Shown here piece by piece: positions 61,215-64,000 of a stretch of 64,000 nt of DNA. Position numbers and translations under genes: made by a program. The DNA lies in contig CM059431.1 of NCBI GenBank assembly GCA_030390025.1, forward strand, positions 155,002,001 to 155,066,000, read 5' to 3'. The notes under the pieces were generated by a model that was not told the origin of the DNA, made no database searches, and worked only from the letters and a program-made list of their open reading frames with translations. Positions within the stretch are counted from its first letter, which is position 1, and each line of letters begins with the position of its first letter. This stretch comes from Squalus acanthias (Eukaryota).

Positions 61215-62490
61215 CCCAAACGGCCCTAATGAAAGTTACAAATTACATCCTATGTGAATGTGACCGTGGCGATCTATCCTTCCTCATCCTTCTCGACATT
61301 TCTGCAGTCTTTGATACGGTTGACCACAGCATCCTCCTCCAACGCCTTTCCTTCGTTGTCCAGCTGGGTGGGACAGCCGTCACCTGTTTCCATTCTTATC
61401 CATCCAGTCATAGCCGGATAATCTCCTGCAATGGCGTCTCTTATCGCTACAGCACCGTTACCTCTGGAGTCCCCCAAGGATCCATCCTTTCCCTCCACCT
61501 CCTTCTCATCTATATGCTGTCCCTTGGCGACATCTTCCAAAAGCGCAACGTCAGGTTCCACATGTAGGCTGACGACACTCAGATCTGCATCACCATCACC
61601 TCTATGACACCTCCACTGCCTCTGCGTTTTCATGCTTCCTGTCCAACATCCAGGGTTAGATTAGCAGAAACAACCTCTAATGAATTAAAGGGAAAACTGA
61701 AGCCATTGCCTTCGTTCCCCGCAACAAAATCCGTTCCCTAGCCACCGAATCCATGCCTCTCCCTGGCCACTGCCTCAGGCTGAATCAGACATTTAGCAAT
61801 CTCGGTGTCCTATTGGACCCTGAGCTGAGCTTTCGACTCCATATCCACTCCATCACCAAGACCATCTACTTCCACCACCAAAATATGCCCGTCTCAGCCC
61901 ATCAGCTACAGAAACCATAATTCATGCTTTTGTTAACTCCATACTAAAGTATTGCAATGCTCCAATGGTCGGCATCCAGCCTTCCACATTCCAGAAAATT
62001 CAACTGATCCAAAACTTTTCTGCCGGTATCCTAATTCGCAACAATTTTCTCTCACCCATGTGTTATCTGGCCTACATTGGGTCCACTTCTAACAACGCCT
62101 CGAATTTAAATTTCTTATCCCAGTGCTCGAATGCGACCCGTGTACAGCACCTCCACCTTTATGCAAACTCCTCCAGCACTACAACCGTCAGAAATCTCCG
62201 CGTTCCTCTAATTCTGATCTCTTGTGCATCAACAATTTCCATCGCCCACCATTAGCTGCCCAGGCCTTAAGCTATGAATTCCTCCTCTGAACAACTCCGC
62301 CTCTCTACTTTTGCTCCTCCTTCAACACGCTCCTTAAAATCTACCTTTATGACCAAGCTTGTTGTCACCTCTCTTAACATCTCCTTATGTTGCTCGTTTA
62401 CAAATGTGTCTGATAACACTCCTGTGAAGCCCGTTGGGACGTTTTGTTATGCTAAATGCGCTATATAAATCCAAGTTGTTGATGTTGGTT
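61215..62490 (+). mobile_element. L2 LINE 3' fragment
   Basis: ORF 61205-61567 contains TALMKVTN...LLDISAVFDTVDHSILL...GVPQGSIL. An L2 tail follows. Confidence 0.9.
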
Positions 62491-62692
62491 ATACTCAATT
62501 TTTATTTTACCCAAGTGATAGATTGAGATAATTTAGCAATTATTTTAATTGAGACATTCTGGTTCATTTTCGTCTTCACCGCTTGCGAATTTAGCCGGGA
62601 AGACAGCAAGCCCATTGTAGAACCTGCCCAATTGTAATTGTGTTGACATTAATCGACTGAACGGCTGATGGTCTCTTTCACAGACTGTTCAA

Positions 62693-63280
62693 CAGCCCAT
62701 CCGCTGCTGAATCCGCCAGCCATGTATTTGTTACATCTAGACTTGACTATGCAAATGCACTCCTGGCTGGCCTCCCACATTATACCCTACATAAACTTCA
62801 GATGATCCAAAACTCTGCTTCCCGTTCATCCATCACTCGTTGACCTACATTGGCTAACGGTTAAGCAACGCTCTACTTCAAAATTCTAATCATTGTTTTC
62901 AAATCCCTCCATTGCCTCCCCCCTCCCTATCTCTGCAATCTCCTTCAGCCCCACAACGGCCCGTGATATCTGCGCTCCTCTAATTCTTGAGCATCCCTCA
63001 TTGTAATCGCTAAACCTTTGGTGGCCGTGCCTTCTGTTGCCTAGGCCCTAAGTCTGGAATTCCCTGCCTAAACCACTCCGCCTCTCTACCTCTTTTTCCT
63101 CCTTTAAGACGCTCCTTAAATCCTATCTCTTTGAAAAAGCTTTTGGTCACCTGCCCGAAGTACTCCTTATGTGGCTCGGTGTCAATTTCCTTTGTCATCA
63201 AATACTCCTGTGAAGCGCCTTGGGACGTTTTAATACGTTAAAGGCGTTATATAAATACAAGTTGTCGTTGTTATTGTTGG
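62693..63280 (+). mobile_element. L2 LINE 3' end fragment
   Basis: VTSRLDYANALLAGLP remnant near 62730 and an L2 tail (ctcctgtgaagcgccttgggacg). Confidence 0.85.
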
Positions 63281-63949
63281 TTATCAGCTCCGTCAGTTAC
63301 TGACCATTTGGTGAAGACTGAAATTATTCTATGGGACTTTAACAGCAAAGAAGGAGATCAATTGTCTTGTGGAATTTACGTTGGCACTCTGTGAGTGCAG
63401 TCCACTTTGCATGGCCCTTTCCCAATATTCTATTCCATTTTTTCAAATATTAGTTCACTTTCCATTGAAAAAGTAATACAGATCTGATTCCATCTCTGTC
63501 TCTCGTGAGGCATTCCATGTCCTTACAAGCCTCTGCGTTAAACAAAATAAAGTAACGATCCGAATATCTACATTTGCCTTTGATGCAAAGCTAATAAATT
63601 TGCAGTTAACTAGTTTTGTTTTGTAATTGTTTTGAATAGTGGTTCAACGTTACCTTGTTTTTAATCCACTGCTACCTCTAGTATTGAATAATTTCCTTCT
63701 TGAATGCCAATTCTCTCGATTTGTCATTCTTTATGCAGCACACTGTGGTGTATCATATCTACCACATTAAATTTATTGTTTTAATTCGGATCTATCAATT
63801 GCTAATACTGTTAAAACATCCTGAAATTCAGGTTCAGGATTAGTTTGATGAGTGAATGGTTCTTTTGGTCTTTTGATCGATCGAAGTATCGATCTATCAG
63901 TCTGTTGTGCTATTACTCTGTCGGTGAAATCATGTAACCTAAATATGTA

Positions 63950-64000
63950 AAACAAGGAAATAACTGCAAACGCTGGAAATCTGAAATGGAAACAAAAATG
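63950..64000 (-). mobile_element. Terminus of another Penelope-like copy running off the window
   Basis: Its reverse complement resembles 34445-34497. Confidence 0.6.

Overview
Repeat-saturated vertebrate genomic DNA, most likely a cartilaginous fish. That assignment is inferred from the CR1/L2/RTE/Penelope families and an HE1-like V-SINE. Most of the window is decayed, often nested, non-LTR retrotransposons, TIR-bounded MITE-like elements, G-rich 27-bp minisatellite arrays and a mosaic of local segmental duplications. The ORF track misses a phase-compatible three-exon host gene on the + strand (17357-17526, 22084-22282, 24431-24612). It encodes a helical death-fold/CARD-like domain, resembling from memory the N-terminal domain of elasmobranch NLR-like proteins, joined directly to a C-terminal transmembrane helix instead of a NACHT domain. 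A paralogous first-half exon lies at 59935-60101. Two minimal hammerhead ribozyme motifs occur in Penelope-like sequence. An empty and a filled version of one CR1 insertion site are both visible among the duplicates. Repeat boundaries were placed by eye and are approximate, and no database searches were run.
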